From the IMG/VR virus record IMGVR_UViG_3300006922_000005: a stretch of DNA of 64,000 nt; one strand, given 5' to 3'. The DNA comes from a virus (Duplodnaviria; Caudoviricetes). Under the pieces are notes generated by a model, which was not told where the DNA came from, made no database searches, and worked only from the letters and a program-made list of their open reading frames with translations. Every line of letters starts with the position of its first letter. Position 1 is the stretch's first letter. Position numbers and translations under genes: made by a program. This document shows, one piece after another, positions 55,002-64,000 of this stretch.

Positions 55002-55336
55002 ATTTCCTTGTAAGGTAATTTTTTGAAAAGTTTAGTTTTGTCCGACTGTCCACTATACTTTTCATACTCAGGCATTGGATCTTTAGCGTTGGTTATGTTT
55101 GGCCAGTTTGCTTCTTCGGCAAAGTACAAGTTGTGTTTGAACCACGGATCGTCTTCATCGTCGGTCTGATATATTGCTTCTTCTGGACATTCAGGTATAC
55201 ATACTCCGCAATCTATACATTCGTCAGGATTAATTACTAACATGTTTTCACCTTCGTAAAAACAATCTACAGGACACACATCTACGCAAGTTGTGTGCTT
55301 ACACATTATACATTTACTATCAACCACGTGTGCCAT
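54998..55336 (-). CDS. fdxA: 7Fe-type ferredoxin
   Basis: [16 protein letters not shown]...[19 protein letters not shown]. Confidence 0.9.
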   Translation of the reverse strand: MAHVVDSKCIMCKHTTCVDVCPVDCFYEGENMLVINPDECIDCGVCIPECPEEAIYQTDDEDDPWFKHNLYFAEEANWPNITNAKDPMPEYEKYSGQSDKTKLFKKLPYKEI

Positions 55337-55337
55337 A

Positions 55338-55943
55338 TTATACCTCTTTAAAATTCATTGACATAACAATTCTGTTATCGTTATTTACTTTTTTATCTAC
55401 TTCGTGTTCAGTAAAACTTCTAAATATAAGCAGTCGTCCTGATAACGGGTAATACCAATGCGAAGGCGATGTAAGTTCATTAAAGTGATGTTCTTCACCG
55501 TTTTGCTTAGGAGTAATCTTTAATGGATTATTCATATCATTAAAGTAAGGACCTCTAAATGAAATAGGTACATCTGATGTATAACCTTCTAAATAAAAAC
55601 TTGTGCTAATTGTACTACCAGTGTGCATATGTGCAGGATTGTAACTTCCTGCTTTATAGTCTATACACCAAGATTCAAAAGGTTGATACTGTCCTGGAAA
55701 ATTGTGTTCATTTGCATAGTCTTGAACTCTATTTGTTATCCACTCTGTAAGTTGATTAAATTTTTCATCTTTATGTATTTGATAATATTTCAATTCAGAA
55801 TCATCATCACTAGGTATTGTTTTTAATATTTCTTTATAAGGGTCTTGTATATCGTTAATAAAAGGACAATCTGCAATACCAATTACTGTAGGAAATAATT
55901 TTTCTAAATATATACCTTGATGAAATCTAGTAATATTATCCAT
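55338..55943 (-). CDS. 2OG-Fe(II) oxygenase (TIGR02466-like)
   Basis: SW...Y....YNPAHMH..S.IS..FY, IFRS..EHEV, RIVMSMN. Confidence 0.82.
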   Translation of the reverse strand: MDNITRFHQGIYLEKLFPTVIGIADCPFINDIQDPYKEILKTIPSDDDSELKYYQIHKDEKFNQLTEWITNRVQDYANEHNFPGQYQPFESWCIDYKAGSYNPAHMHTGSTISTSFYLEGYTSDVPISFRGPYFNDMNNPLKITPKQNGEEHHFNELTSPSHWYYPLSGRLLIFRSFTEHEVDKKVNNDNRIVMSMNFKEV

Positions 55944-56189
55944 TTAAAGTACCCAATTATATATCCCTCTTATCGCAAGTAACAAATACATACCTTCCAT
56001 TAATGCTCTGGGTGTATCTCCATCTTTAACGCCAAAGTAAATCCACATTGAACAACTTACTGTGGCTACTGCCCAACCAATCCATTGTACACTAGGATTA
56101 CCTCCGCTTAAAAGGAAAGCACTGATCATTGCTAATATAAAGCCTAACCAACGCCACCCATTAATATTCTGATAGTATCTTATCTTCAT
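55944..56189 (-). CDS. Small three-TM membrane protein
   Basis: Hydrophobic helices; TAATG overlap. Confidence 0.65.
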   Translation of the reverse strand: MKIRYYQNINGWRWLGFILAMISAFLLSGGNPSVQWIGWAVATVSCSMWIYFGVKDGDTPRALMEGMYLLLAIRGIYNWVL

Positions 56190-56395
56190 TATTTACGCTT
56201 AGATGCCTTTTTCTTTTTACCGTTGCCTTTTTTGTATTCTTTGTATTCTTCGCCTGTCATTCCTGTTGGGATCTTTTCAATCTTTCCACCGTTGGCTAAG
56301 AATTTTTTAATTGATTCGTCAAGTTGTGCTTGTCTTTTTTGTGGCGCCTCTGGATCACTCACAGAGTCGTAGGCACGATTTATTTCATTTGGCAT
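56189..56395 (-). CDS. SutA-like RNA-polymerase-binding protein
   Basis: QKRQAQLDESIKKFLANGGKIEKI resembles the SutA core (FLxxGGKV/I); AAGGAG RBS. Confidence 0.55.
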   Translation of the reverse strand: MPNEINRAYDSVSDPEAPQKRQAQLDESIKKFLANGGKIEKIPTGMTGEEYKEYKKGNGKKKKASKRK

Positions 56396-56406
56396 TGTAC
56401 TCCTTT

Positions 56407-57327
56407 TTATAGCCGTGCTAGTTTTACCAACGTAGCACTCATGTTTATTTCCGGATCAGCGACAAATGAATGATCAACTAATCCTTGTTTAATTATTAAT
56501 ATTGCTTGATCTTGTTTATCATCTTCTTTTGTAAACACTTCCAAGTTATCATACATCCAACGGAAAATATCTTCCATCTCTTCAGGCCTTGCCTGTGTAC
56601 AAATTAGTTTACGTGCTTGTGCAATGTTACCTGCTTTAAATAGTTCAACCATTTCTACTTTGTAATCACTTTCTCCTGTATCGCCTTTTTGTGGCGGAGT
56701 AAGTTTACCTGTTGTACTATTCATTTGACACATGTTAATACATTTTCTCATATCAGGATATGTTGCTTTAACAAATGTGTCTAACACATCTAAATCAGGT
56801 TCTACACCTTCTTCTAATAGTATTGTTGCAATACGTGCAGTAAATTCTGTTTGATCAACGTTTGTAATATGAAAGCCTTGACATCTTGAATGTAGTGCAG
56901 GAATAATTCTGTTAGGATAGTTACAAGTTAAAATAAATCTACTTGTAGTATGATGCTCCTCCATTACACCACGTAGTGCCGCCTGTGCGTTTGGCGACAA
57001 GTAATCAGCCTCATCAAGTAGTACAACCTTAAAGTCACCAAATGGAATCATCTGTACAAAGTTTACAATCTTGTCACGTACATCTTCTACACTGTTTGTT
57101 CTACTAGCATTAATCTCTAGTAGATCATATTCATTTATTTCTAATTCATTACACAATACTTTAGCAAGTGTTGTCTTACCAATACCTGCATGACCACTGA
57201 ATAACAAATGCGGAATACTTTTATCTTTTACCCAACCGTTTACTTGATCTCTTTGTGCTTGATCTCTAAACACATAGTCACCTACTGTGCTTGGACGATA
57301 CTTTTCTACCCATAGTTCTTTAGCCAT
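56407..57327 (-). CDS. Clamp-loader AAA+ subunit (T4 gp44/RFC-small-like)
   Basis: WVEKYRP, GHAGIGKTT, NAS, LDEAD, SRC, PDMRK. Confidence 0.93.
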   Translation of the reverse strand: MAKELWVEKYRPSTVGDYVFRDQAQRDQVNGWVKDKSIPHLLFSGHAGIGKTTLAKVLCNELEINEYDLLEINASRTNSVEDVRDKIVNFVQMIPFGDFKVVLLDEADYLSPNAQAALRGVMEEHHTTSRFILTCNYPNRIIPALHSRCQGFHITNVDQTEFTARIATILLEEGVEPDLDVLDTFVKATYPDMRKCINMCQMNSTTGKLTPPQKGDTGESDYKVEMVELFKAGNIAQARKLICTQARPEEMEDIFRWMYDNLEVFTKEDDKQDQAILIIKQGLVDHSFVADPEINMSATLVKLARL

Positions 57328-57733
57328 TTTGTTCTATCCTTTTGCGTAATCCACTTGTACTAAATGAATGTTGTCTTTTATTATAATAAATTTCTATGCT
57401 TTTGTCAACACATAATTGCTTTCCTGTAAAGTCTTTTGTCCGATATTCTTCGCCAATAAAACGTTTGTTGATGTCATACGTTAATAGTATGTCAAGCAAA
57501 TCTTGTTCTGTAGCATATGGAATAATTTCGTCAATGTACTTGCAACCTTCAAGTTGTACATATCTTTCAAATACACTTTGAATAGGTTTATTTTTTTCTG
57601 GTCTGTCAAGTGTAGGATCAGTTTGCAATCCTACCATTAGATAGTCGCAGTTTGCTCTTGCTTCTTTAAGCATAGCAACATGTCCGCTATGGAAAAGATC
57701 AAAAGATGAGAATGTAATTCCTTTAACAATCAT
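57320..57733 (-). CDS. Glycerol-3-phosphate cytidylyltransferase (TagD-like)
   Basis: SFDLFHSGH, VGLQTD, RPEKNKP, YVDE-like YIDEI, STSGLR. Confidence 0.85.
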   Translation of the reverse strand: MIVKGITFSSFDLFHSGHVAMLKEARANCDYLMVGLQTDPTLDRPEKNKPIQSVFERYVQLEGCKYIDEIIPYATEQDLLDILLTYDINKRFIGEEYRTKDFTGKQLCVDKSIEIYYNKRQHSFSTSGLRKRIEQNG

Positions 57734-57739
57734 ACTACA

Positions 57740-57768
57740 AATATACAGTTATTTTATAGTCTTGTCAA
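57740..57768 (-). promoter_or_regulatory. Sigma70-type promoter, leaderless TagD-like mRNA
   Basis: TTGACA-17-TATATT, then 6 nt to ATG; no SD. Confidence 0.6.
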
Positions 57769-57913
57769 GTTTTTTTATATTTTTATTTGCCGAAATAGAA
57801 TCTCTATATTCTTCTGTGTTACGTAGATGCGGGTACTGATATTTTGTAGGTACAGTACCCCAACCTACAACACGATCCCAATCTCTTTGTGTATAATACT
57901 CGTTCTTTTGCAT
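57749..57913 (-). CDS. Small hypothetical protein (54 aa; not in the ORF track)
   Basis: MQKNEYYTQRDWDRVVGWG...; two CTAAATA cores at 57920-57940 upstream. Confidence 0.5.
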   Translation of the reverse strand: MQKNEYYTQRDWDRVVGWGTVPTKYQYPHLRNTEEYRDSISANKNIKKLDKTIK

Positions 57914-57932
57914 CGCAAGTATTTAGCGGTAC

Positions 57933-58511
57933 TTATTTAGAGTAAGTACCGGTGATGATATTATAAACGTCTTTCCAGTTGTCTGCTCTTTGTACATCTG
58001 GATTGTCGTAGTCTAGGTTCCATTTGTGTGATATAATAATAGGTTTGTGTCCTGCACGTAGTCCTGCGTCACAGTTAAGTGGTTTATCTTCAATCCACCA
58101 ATGTCCTTTATCATACTCTGCAAGTGCTTCGTCTTTGTCAGCACCTGTTCCAATGCATAATACACGATCAAATGTACCTGCACCAAATACTTGTTCTAAA
58201 TTATATGCACGTAATTTACCAGAACATTCATCTTCAGATAAACTAGTAATAGCATCGAAAGTATAGTTAAGTGTTCTTAATTTTCTTACCCACTCAACAC
58301 TATCACGCAAAGGTTTTAAGTAACCAATCCATGCACTTTCGTTAAACTGTTTTACTAAAATATCGCATTGTTTTTTGCGTTGGAACCCGTAACGTACATA
58401 TTGACTATATACATCAGGCTTCTTTACACGAAAACCTTGTTTAGCCATCCATGCATCAAATGCAGGTTCCCAATCTAAAACTACTCCATCAACGTCGATA
58501 AGTATTTTCAT
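57933..58511 (-). CDS. HAD-superfamily phosphatase/nucleotidase (T4 gp30.2-like)
   Basis: ILIDVDGVVLDW, ITSLS, WIEDK..N. Confidence 0.85.
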   Translation of the reverse strand: MKILIDVDGVVLDWEPAFDAWMAKQGFRVKKPDVYSQYVRYGFQRKKQCDILVKQFNESAWIGYLKPLRDSVEWVRKLRTLNYTFDAITSLSEDECSGKLRAYNLEQVFGAGTFDRVLCIGTGADKDEALAEYDKGHWWIEDKPLNCDAGLRAGHKPIIISHKWNLDYDNPDVQRADNWKDVYNIITGTYSK

Positions 58512-58930
58512 TAAAGGTCACCGTCTTTTCGATTCTCTGAATAGTGTACATCAAACTCTCCACCTGGGTAGCGTGACTTTAATTTGTTTACGTTTTCTTC
58601 AATTACTTCGTTAGGGTCCAAACTAAGAGCCCTGCAACTAGTAATCCAGTACCACATAATATCGCCAAGTTCTCGTTTACAATGAAATATAGTTTCATCG
58701 TCCATAGGTTTACCTTGGAAGATACATTTTTTAACAATTTCAGCAAATTCGCCTCCTTCACTTGCAATGCCAATAGCACCTGTCATAAGCGATGCAGTAT
58801 TGACTTTCATCTTACTTTCAGTTGTTTCAATATCAATCATACGATTGTACATCTGCATACTTGACATTGATTCATCACTGGTAACTTGTTGTACAAAATC
58901 TTTGTACTTATTTAGATCTACGTTTTTCAA
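58511..58930 (-). CDS. mazG: MazG-like nucleotide pyrophosphohydrolase
   Basis: GIASEGGEFAEIVKK, RELGDIMWY, N..KL..RYP. Confidence 0.88.
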   Translation of the reverse strand: MKNVDLNKYKDFVQQVTSDESMSSMQMYNRMIDIETTESKMKVNTASLMTGAIGIASEGGEFAEIVKKCIFQGKPMDDETIFHCKRELGDIMWYWITSCRALSLDPNEVIEENVNKLKSRYPGGEFDVHYSENRKDGDL

Positions 58931-58944
58931 TTTATTCCTCGTTT

Positions 58945-59337
58945 TTATCTAGCGCCAAAGTCTTCTGGTCTGACTTGGTCGGGTGCTGTGTTAAACTCAT
59001 CGCCAATCTTGTGATCTTCTGGCTTTGAATCGCTTACAGCAATTATAGCATCAACATCTACTCTATGTAAAGTGATGTCTTCACCATTTATATCTAATTC
59101 CATTTTTCTTGTCCAACGACCATGTTCAACTAAGATATAATCACCTACGTTATATTCTTCTTTGTTCGTAGGACCTTTTGCATGAACTTTTGCCCAACGA
59201 GGATAAACTCCCCTTGCAGTACCGTTATCATCTCTAATAATAATTCCACCTTTGGTTTTCTGTTCACCAAAGTATAAGTCAGTAACTAAAACGTGATCGT
59301 GGATTGGTCTAATTCCGCCAGTCTTAATTCTTGCCAT
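58945..59337 (-). CDS. groES: Co-chaperonin GroES-like
   Basis: PIHDHVLV, TKGGII, V.A.GP, VGD..L. Confidence 0.8.
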   Translation of the reverse strand: MARIKTGGIRPIHDHVLVTDLYFGEQKTKGGIIIRDDNGTARGVYPRWAKVHAKGPTNKEEYNVGDYILVEHGRWTRKMELDINGEDITLHRVDVDAIIAVSDSKPEDHKIGDEFNTAPDQVRPEDFGAR

Positions 59338-59798
59338 TACTTTTCTCCTGTAGCGTCTGATATGCCTCTGCGTCTTGATCTTGCTCTTTTGACTGCTTCG
59401 ACACCTTTGTCTAATACTTTTTCTTCTACTTGTTCTGCTTGTTCTGTTGCTTCTTGTTTTACAGGAACTTCTTCTACAGCAGGTTCAACTTCATTAACAA
59501 TAGAACTTGGTTGAGTATCTTCAATAGTCATTGTTTGTGAAGGTGGATTGTTTGGTACTGATTGTTGCTGTACAGGTTCAGTTGTTGGAACATCTGCATC
59601 AGGTGTTGCTTTTGGATTTGATTCGTAATATGAACTTACAATTTGTTCACGTGTACGTACAATTTTGCCACCAGCGCCAAGTTCGTCGCCTCTAGCATTT
59701 ACTTTCATATTACCTACTGCTGGAGTAAGTTCGTTTTGAGAACGTAATTTGTCCATGTCGACTGAACGTCCGTTCATTGTTCTATATGTTCTTCCCAT
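59337..59798 (-). CDS. Hypothetical protein with low-complexity tail
   Basis: AAGGAG RBS; TAATG overlap. Confidence 0.7.
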   Translation of the reverse strand: MGRTYRTMNGRSVDMDKLRSQNELTPAVGNMKVNARGDELGAGGKIVRTREQIVSSYYESNPKATPDADVPTTEPVQQQSVPNNPPSQTMTIEDTQPSSIVNEVEPAVEEVPVKQEATEQAEQVEEKVLDKGVEAVKRARSRRRGISDATGEK

Positions 59799-59821
59799 AT
59801 TATTCTCCTTTGTATAGGTAG

Positions 59822-60391
59822 TTATCTTAAAAATTCTGTGGGATCTAAATTGTATTTTATAGAGTTTACTTTGTGTACTTCTAACAAATACAAGACATAA
59901 CTGGCTACACTAGACCCACGTCCAACACCCCATACGATATTGTTTTCACGTAGTGTATCCACCATGTATTTAAGGAATTGTAAAACGTCCATCATAGCAT
60001 GTGACTTGTATAAGTCTAACTCATACTCTACACGTTGTTTTTCTTCAGGTGTTTCACAACGTCCTAATACATAATCTTCTATATCAAACTGTTTATACTC
60101 TTCTGGCATGAACCAATTTAATCTATTATCTTGATCATATCCATCTTGATCTACAGTCGTATCAACTACTGACGATAATCTTGTAATATCATCTCTATTA
60201 CTATCTATAATTGCGTTGTACTTGTTTGCTAGTTCTTCTGGAATAATACAATGTTTAATGTTATCAAATTTGTTTTGATAAATTAGTTCAACAATGTTAC
60301 TTTCGCTAACAGATGATTGACCAATACTAGTTGTCTCGGCCACCGTCGATGACTGTTGGTTTGAAACTGTTTTTCTTTTCTGCGAGTTCAT
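59822..60391 (-). CDS. dnaE: DNA polymerase III alpha-subunit fragment (split DnaE); true start probably near 60340
   Basis: RVEYEL....Y...L......D........GVGRGSSVASYVLYLL.V...N...Y.L...EFL matches the DnaE GxGRGS region; stops before the PDID catalytic motif. Confidence 0.75.
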   Translation of the reverse strand: MNSQKRKTVSNQQSSTVAETTSIGQSSVSESNIVELIYQNKFDNIKHCIIPEELANKYNAIIDSNRDDITRLSSVVDTTVDQDGYDQDNRLNWFMPEEYKQFDIEDYVLGRCETPEEKQRVEYELDLYKSHAMMDVLQFLKYMVDTLRENNIVWGVGRGSSVASYVLYLLEVHKVNSIKYNLDPTEFLR

Positions 60392-60953
60392 ATCCTAAAT
60401 CTTTCCAACTTGCGGCACCTGTCCAAATTGTTTTTGCATCAATGCGTTGATCAAATGTTGCAGTGTCATCTCTAAACCACCACGGAACAATTTTATCATC
60501 AATCCAATCTGTAACTTGTAAATGTTTGTTTTCATAACTGTTGCTGTCTATAGTATATTTTACACTATCTCCTAGTTTGCTGTCAACCGTTATGTTGCCA
60601 AAATAGAAATATTTTCCTGCAATTGATTCAATTTTTTGGTATAATGTTACAGCAAGTAGTTGATCATATGGTGCTCCAGGTAATAATATTTTATTAACTG
60701 GCATTTTAAACCATATTGATTCTGTTTTATTTGTTGGAGAAAATACTACTGAGTTTTCACAAAGACGTTCAATAAGATATTTGATTTTATCAAATCCAAT
60801 ATTTTGCTGTGATATTTCTTTAGACTTAGGTATAAAACTTATTTCTAAGTTATATCTATTAGGATATACAACATCGTCAACTACAACCGTAGCATCAAAA
60901 TGTCCTTTCCAACTAAAAAAGTTTAGTGTTTCGTCTTGGTCTTTACTGTACAT
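60327..60953 (-). CDS. Conserved hypothetical protein (possible degenerate T-fold)
   Basis: P.DQLLA.TLY.K.......ITV.S pattern. Confidence 0.6.
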   Translation of the reverse strand: MYSKDQDETLNFFSWKGHFDATVVVDDVVYPNRYNLEISFIPKSKEISQQNIGFDKIKYLIERLCENSVVFSPTNKTESIWFKMPVNKILLPGAPYDQLLAVTLYQKIESIAGKYFYFGNITVDSKLGDSVKYTIDSNSYENKHLQVTDWIDDKIVPWWFRDDTATFDQRIDAKTIWTGAASWKDLGYELAEKKNSFKPTVIDGGRDN

Positions 60954-61194
60954 TAATTAATTCACCTAGATCCTTACCGTCGTCTTTGCTTTGTGTTTGT
61001 TGTTCACGCAACTTGTCGTTGCTTCTTTTACGTTGTTCTTCACTATACATAGTTAGTGAATTTTGTAACTGAAATAACACAGACTGGTTCGGTATTCTAG
61101 ATGCAATTAAATATTTTTTTTGTAAACCTGAAATGGTTTCTTGTAGTTCATCATCCGATAAAGAGTTGGGATCTTTTGCTAACGGATTAAACAT
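60943..61194 (-). CDS. Small helical hypothetical protein
   Basis: TAATG overlap. Confidence 0.6.
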   Translation of the reverse strand: MFNPLAKDPNSLSDDELQETISGLQKKYLIASRIPNQSVLFQLQNSLTMYSEEQRKRSNDKLREQQTQSKDDGKDLGELINVQ

Positions 61195-61196
61195 TA

Positions 61197-61787
61197 TTAT
61201 TCAAACTTGCCTTTGTAGTAGATAAAGATATTAGCACCTTGATCTGGTGACCACAATTCAAAAATATGTTTTGTAGTATTATTTCCATCTGTCATATCAA
61301 AGTCGCTTGACAAGTTTAAGTTAGTTGAGTCGGTTAAAATGTTTCCTGAAGGTGTACTAAAGTTTAAAAACTTTTGACTTGTGTTGTTGGATCTTACTTC
61401 TAATGTCATATGGCTTAGTGCATTAGCAGGTCCCCAATTTTGTACAACTACAGTGTTTGTACTTGGCTTTTCAGTAGTACAAATTAATCTACGATAATGT
61501 CCTGCTGTAAAATCTACATTAGTTTCACCTGCAAGTGTTTCAGCACTTGGTGCCGCTAATCCACTATCTTGTAAAATTACTTTTGAAATAGTGTTATCGT
61601 TAAAATCGTTATCTGCTTGTTTACTTGGTGCAGTACCTTCAATAGTACTAATTGCACTTTTCGCACTGTCTATTGCAGTTTTGATATTGCTAAAATTATC
61701 TCTAAACCCTTGCGAATCATTATCTTGTCCTGCTACAGGATAAAGAGCGTCAATACCACCTGTGTTTATATCGTTACTTGTTGCCAT
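61197..61787 (-). CDS. Putative virion structural protein
   Basis: YPVAGQDNDSQGFRDNF N-terminal motif; follows the baseplate gene. Confidence 0.65.
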   Translation of the reverse strand: MATSNDINTGGIDALYPVAGQDNDSQGFRDNFSNIKTAIDSAKSAISTIEGTAPSKQADNDFNDNTISKVILQDSGLAAPSAETLAGETNVDFTAGHYRRLICTTEKPSTNTVVVQNWGPANALSHMTLEVRSNNTSQKFLNFSTPSGNILTDSTNLNLSSDFDMTDGNNTTKHIFELWSPDQGANIFIYYKGKFE

Positions 61788-61788
61788 A

Positions 61789-63999
61789 TTAAATTACCTT
61801 CCTTTTTGGGAATACAATGTATTTATCGCCTGCTTCACCTTCTACACTATCAATTGTGAGTCTATCAACTTCAAAGTTAATAGTCTTAAAATCAAAGCCA
61901 CTATCTTGTATATTTTCAAGTACAGTTGCACCGTATCCGGGTTTAGCGTAGGCAATTGGTACAGCCTTAGTGTATCCTAGGGCAGTTCCTGTTGTTGTTT
62001 GCGTACTATTCATCCATAATGGAATGAATTTCTCGTTGATATTTATAATAGTACTATCACCATCAGGATAAAGTTCCTTTAGGCGCTTTTGCATATTGCT
62101 AACACTATTTGGATATAAGAACCGTTTTACTAGTTGATCTATTGTAATAATGTTTGTACTTGCTTTATACTGATTAGTATCTACTGTTAAGTCTTTACTA
62201 TTTTTAGTGATGTCTATTTTACTTGCTACACTGCCGTTTATCTTTTCAGCATCGTCAAATATATCTACATAAAGAATTTCATATATTACATTATTATTGT
62301 CATCTCTTGCTGTTGCAATTTTAACATCACCAAACTTAAAAGTTTTTCTGTGGAAGTTTCTTACTAGTGCTGGAACATATTCTTCAACTTTTAAAGTTTC
62401 AATACCATACTGTAATAACATCTTAATTTGATTTTGTGTACCAAAAGCAGGATCATTAGGTCTATATAAAATATTATCTGGAAAGATAGTATTGTTAGTT
62501 ATGAAGTCATAATAATACTGACGTTTAGGTTTTGGTAATAATGGTTGTAAAAATATATTACTGTACTGTGTAAGTGTATCTGCTGTTACAGCAATTCTAA
62601 ATTGTTTTTCTACAGCACTTTGCTGATAATAATCTCTAGCCTGTACAGTAAATCTAAACTCTCTATCAATTGAAGTAGTTCCACCGTCTAATGTAAAACT
62701 GTTTAAACCAAAGTTTGTTAAATCAACAGTAGTTAATCCATCACCAGCACCTGCCGTAGATTCAAACTGACTAATTTTTCCAATTAGTTCTCCGCCACCA
62801 CTTAAAATAATTCCTGGTGGTAGTACTCCGCTTAGAAATCTATATCTTACATCTGCATTAGATAAAATTGTAGTTGCATCTATTCTTAATGTACTTGTTT
62901 GGTTTGGACTTAATGTACCAATTAACTCTGGTGTTGTAAATGTAATTGTGCTATCAACTTCACCTTGAATCTTTAATATAAACTGACGTGAATGAATTAC
63001 TGATTCAGTAGAGTAAATGTCTTGTCTTTTAATTTGTATTGTAAATGTGTATGTTTCTGTTACTGCAGGTTGATATGGAACCTTACCAAACAACACACCA
63101 TTAGTTGCATCTAGTGTCATACCCGGGGGTAAAATACTAGCACTTGAATCTTCGTTATTAATTAATTCGTATGTAACAGCACCACTAAATTGATTAGGAT
63201 CATATACTTCAAGTGGTATAGTAATAAAGTTATTTGCTCTTTTTATTCCTAGGTTACCTGTTGTTAACCATATAGGAGTTCTCAAATATGTAGCACTTGA
63301 AATAAATGTTTCTGTGTCTGCTTGAATTGCTAGTGTATCAGATCTAAAGTTTTGTTCGTTAACTACAAAAATTCTAAATCTTCTTCTTGCTCTTGTAACG
63401 CCATCACTAACAGTAACAAAAAATTCATAAAATCTATTTAGGTATTTTGGAGCACCACTACCGTCATCGCCTCCTCCATAATCAAAAGGAAACTGATCGT
63501 ATTGTTGTCTATCGTAATTAGTACTTGATGCTTTGTAATCAACAGTAAGTTCTGCTTCAATTATTCCACTTAATTTACCATCTTTAGATAATGTTAAACC
63601 TGGAGGAAGTTCTCCAAATAAATCATCTAAGTAATATTCTAAAGTTTCTCCTGCTGTTAAGTCAGAGTCACCTGCACTTAACTGAAAATCTACGACACTT
63701 CTATTTAAAATAAATTGTTCGCCTTGTGGACCAATTGGCAATGTTCCTTCTGGAGTTAACCAAAACGGAGCATCTTCTCCTTCAACTGTTATTGTAAAAG
63801 TTCTATCTATACTTCCTTCAGTGTTCGATGCACGTATTACAAATTTACTTGTTTGTGTATCTGATACCTCAAAAGGTGTACCTATAATTCTATTACTTTC
63901 AAGACGCAATCCACCAGGGAATGTTCCGCTTTGTAAAGAAAATGTAGTAGCATTAGTAGCGTCTAAGGTGAAAGATTGTGTTGTTCTTTCTTGAATCGT
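61789..63999 (-). CDS. Baseplate wedge-like protein with Ig (He_PIG-type) repeats, 5'-truncated by window edge
   Basis: Frame open to 63999; repeated LPPG.TL...G.L.G motifs; C-terminal F.F..DR...D...G...DKYI.FP. Confidence 0.75.
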   Translation of the reverse strand, partial: TIQERTTQSFTLDATNATTFSLQSGTFPGGLRLESNRIIGTPFEVSDTQTSKFVIRASNTEGSIDRTFTITVEGEDAPFWLTPEGTLPIGPQGEQFILNRSVVDFQLSAGDSDLTAGETLEYYLDDLFGELPPGLTLSKDGKLSGIIEAELTVDYKASSTNYDRQQYDQFPFDYGGGDDGSGAPKYLNRFYEFFVTVSDGVTRARRRFRIFVVNEQNFRSDTLAIQADTETFISSATYLRTPIWLTTGNLGIKRANNFITIPLEVYDPNQFSGAVTYELINNEDSSASILPPGMTLDATNGVLFGKVPYQPAVTETYTFTIQIKRQDIYSTESVIHSRQFILKIQGEVDSTITFTTPELIGTLSPNQTSTLRIDATTILSNADVRYRFLSGVLPPGIILSGGGELIGKISQFESTAGAGDGLTTVDLTNFGLNSFTLDGGTTSIDREFRFTVQARDYYQQSAVEKQFRIAVTADTLTQYSNIFLQPLLPKPKRQYYYDFITNNTIFPDNILYRPNDPAFGTQNQIKMLLQYGIETLKVEEYVPALVRNFHRKTFKFGDVKIATARDDNNNVIYEILYVDIFDDAEKINGSVASKIDITKNSKDLTVDTNQYKASTNIITIDQLVKRFLYPNSVSNMQKRLKELYPDGDSTIININEKFIPLWMNSTQTTTGTALGYTKAVPIAYAKPGYGATVLENIQDSGFDFKTINFEVDRLTIDSVEGEAGDKYIVFPKRKVI

Positions 64000-64000
64000 T

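Noticed and set aside
60327-60953. Treating this ORF as the missing QueD
   Set aside because: No CxxxHGH or equivalent metal ligands; far from the cluster.
1-64000. tRNA/rRNA genes, CRISPR array, IS elements
   Set aside because: Intergenic gaps are at most about 180 nt and are explained by promoters or hairpins; no cloverleaf, spaced direct repeats or transposase seen by eye.
1-64000. Stop-codon reassignment, seen in some large phages
   Set aside because: Standard-code ORFs tile the window, and conserved enzymes other than the DnaE fragment are full-length.

Overview
A 64 kb, AT-rich, very gene-dense fragment of a large tailed-phage genome (myovirus-type). Its gene content resembles RaK2-like/T4-superfamily jumbo phages; this assignment is from recalled family features, not a search. 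The spanin pair indicates a Gram-negative host. Layout: four paralogous tail-fibre genes (+, 1-8.8 kb); a long minus-strand block with thyX, MoxR ATPase/VWA, two nucleases, RNase H, a dispersed 7-deazaguanine cluster (queE, yhhQ, folE, a DpdL-type T-fold protein, a DpdA-type transglycosylase), sliding clamp, family-B DNA polymerase and dsbA; a late cassette of about 13 probable internal-head proteins (36-43.6 kb); clpA/def/dnaJ; a lysis cassette; phoH, ferredoxin, clamp loader, mazG, groES, a split dnaE fragment and a truncated baseplate gene. No tRNA, rRNA, CRISPR array, intein or obvious IS was seen. Best leads: (1) a GT-B glycosyltransferase inside the deazaguanine cluster whose motifs match the GTDC1/QTMAN (queuosine mannosyltransferase) family as I recall it, together with a PLP aminotransferase, suggesting an undescribed, possibly glycosylated 7-deazaguanine DNA base; (2) a cassette of proteins sharing a T4 capsid-targeting-like leader and built from Glu-delimited basic/Cys-rich modules, including an ADP-ribosyltransferase-like enzyme; (3) a T4 EndoII-like and a PD-(D/E)xK nuclease that could discriminate modified from unmodified DNA; (4) a twin-hairpin, switch-like leader upstream of the polymerase. 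All functional calls come from motif reading by eye; no database search was run.
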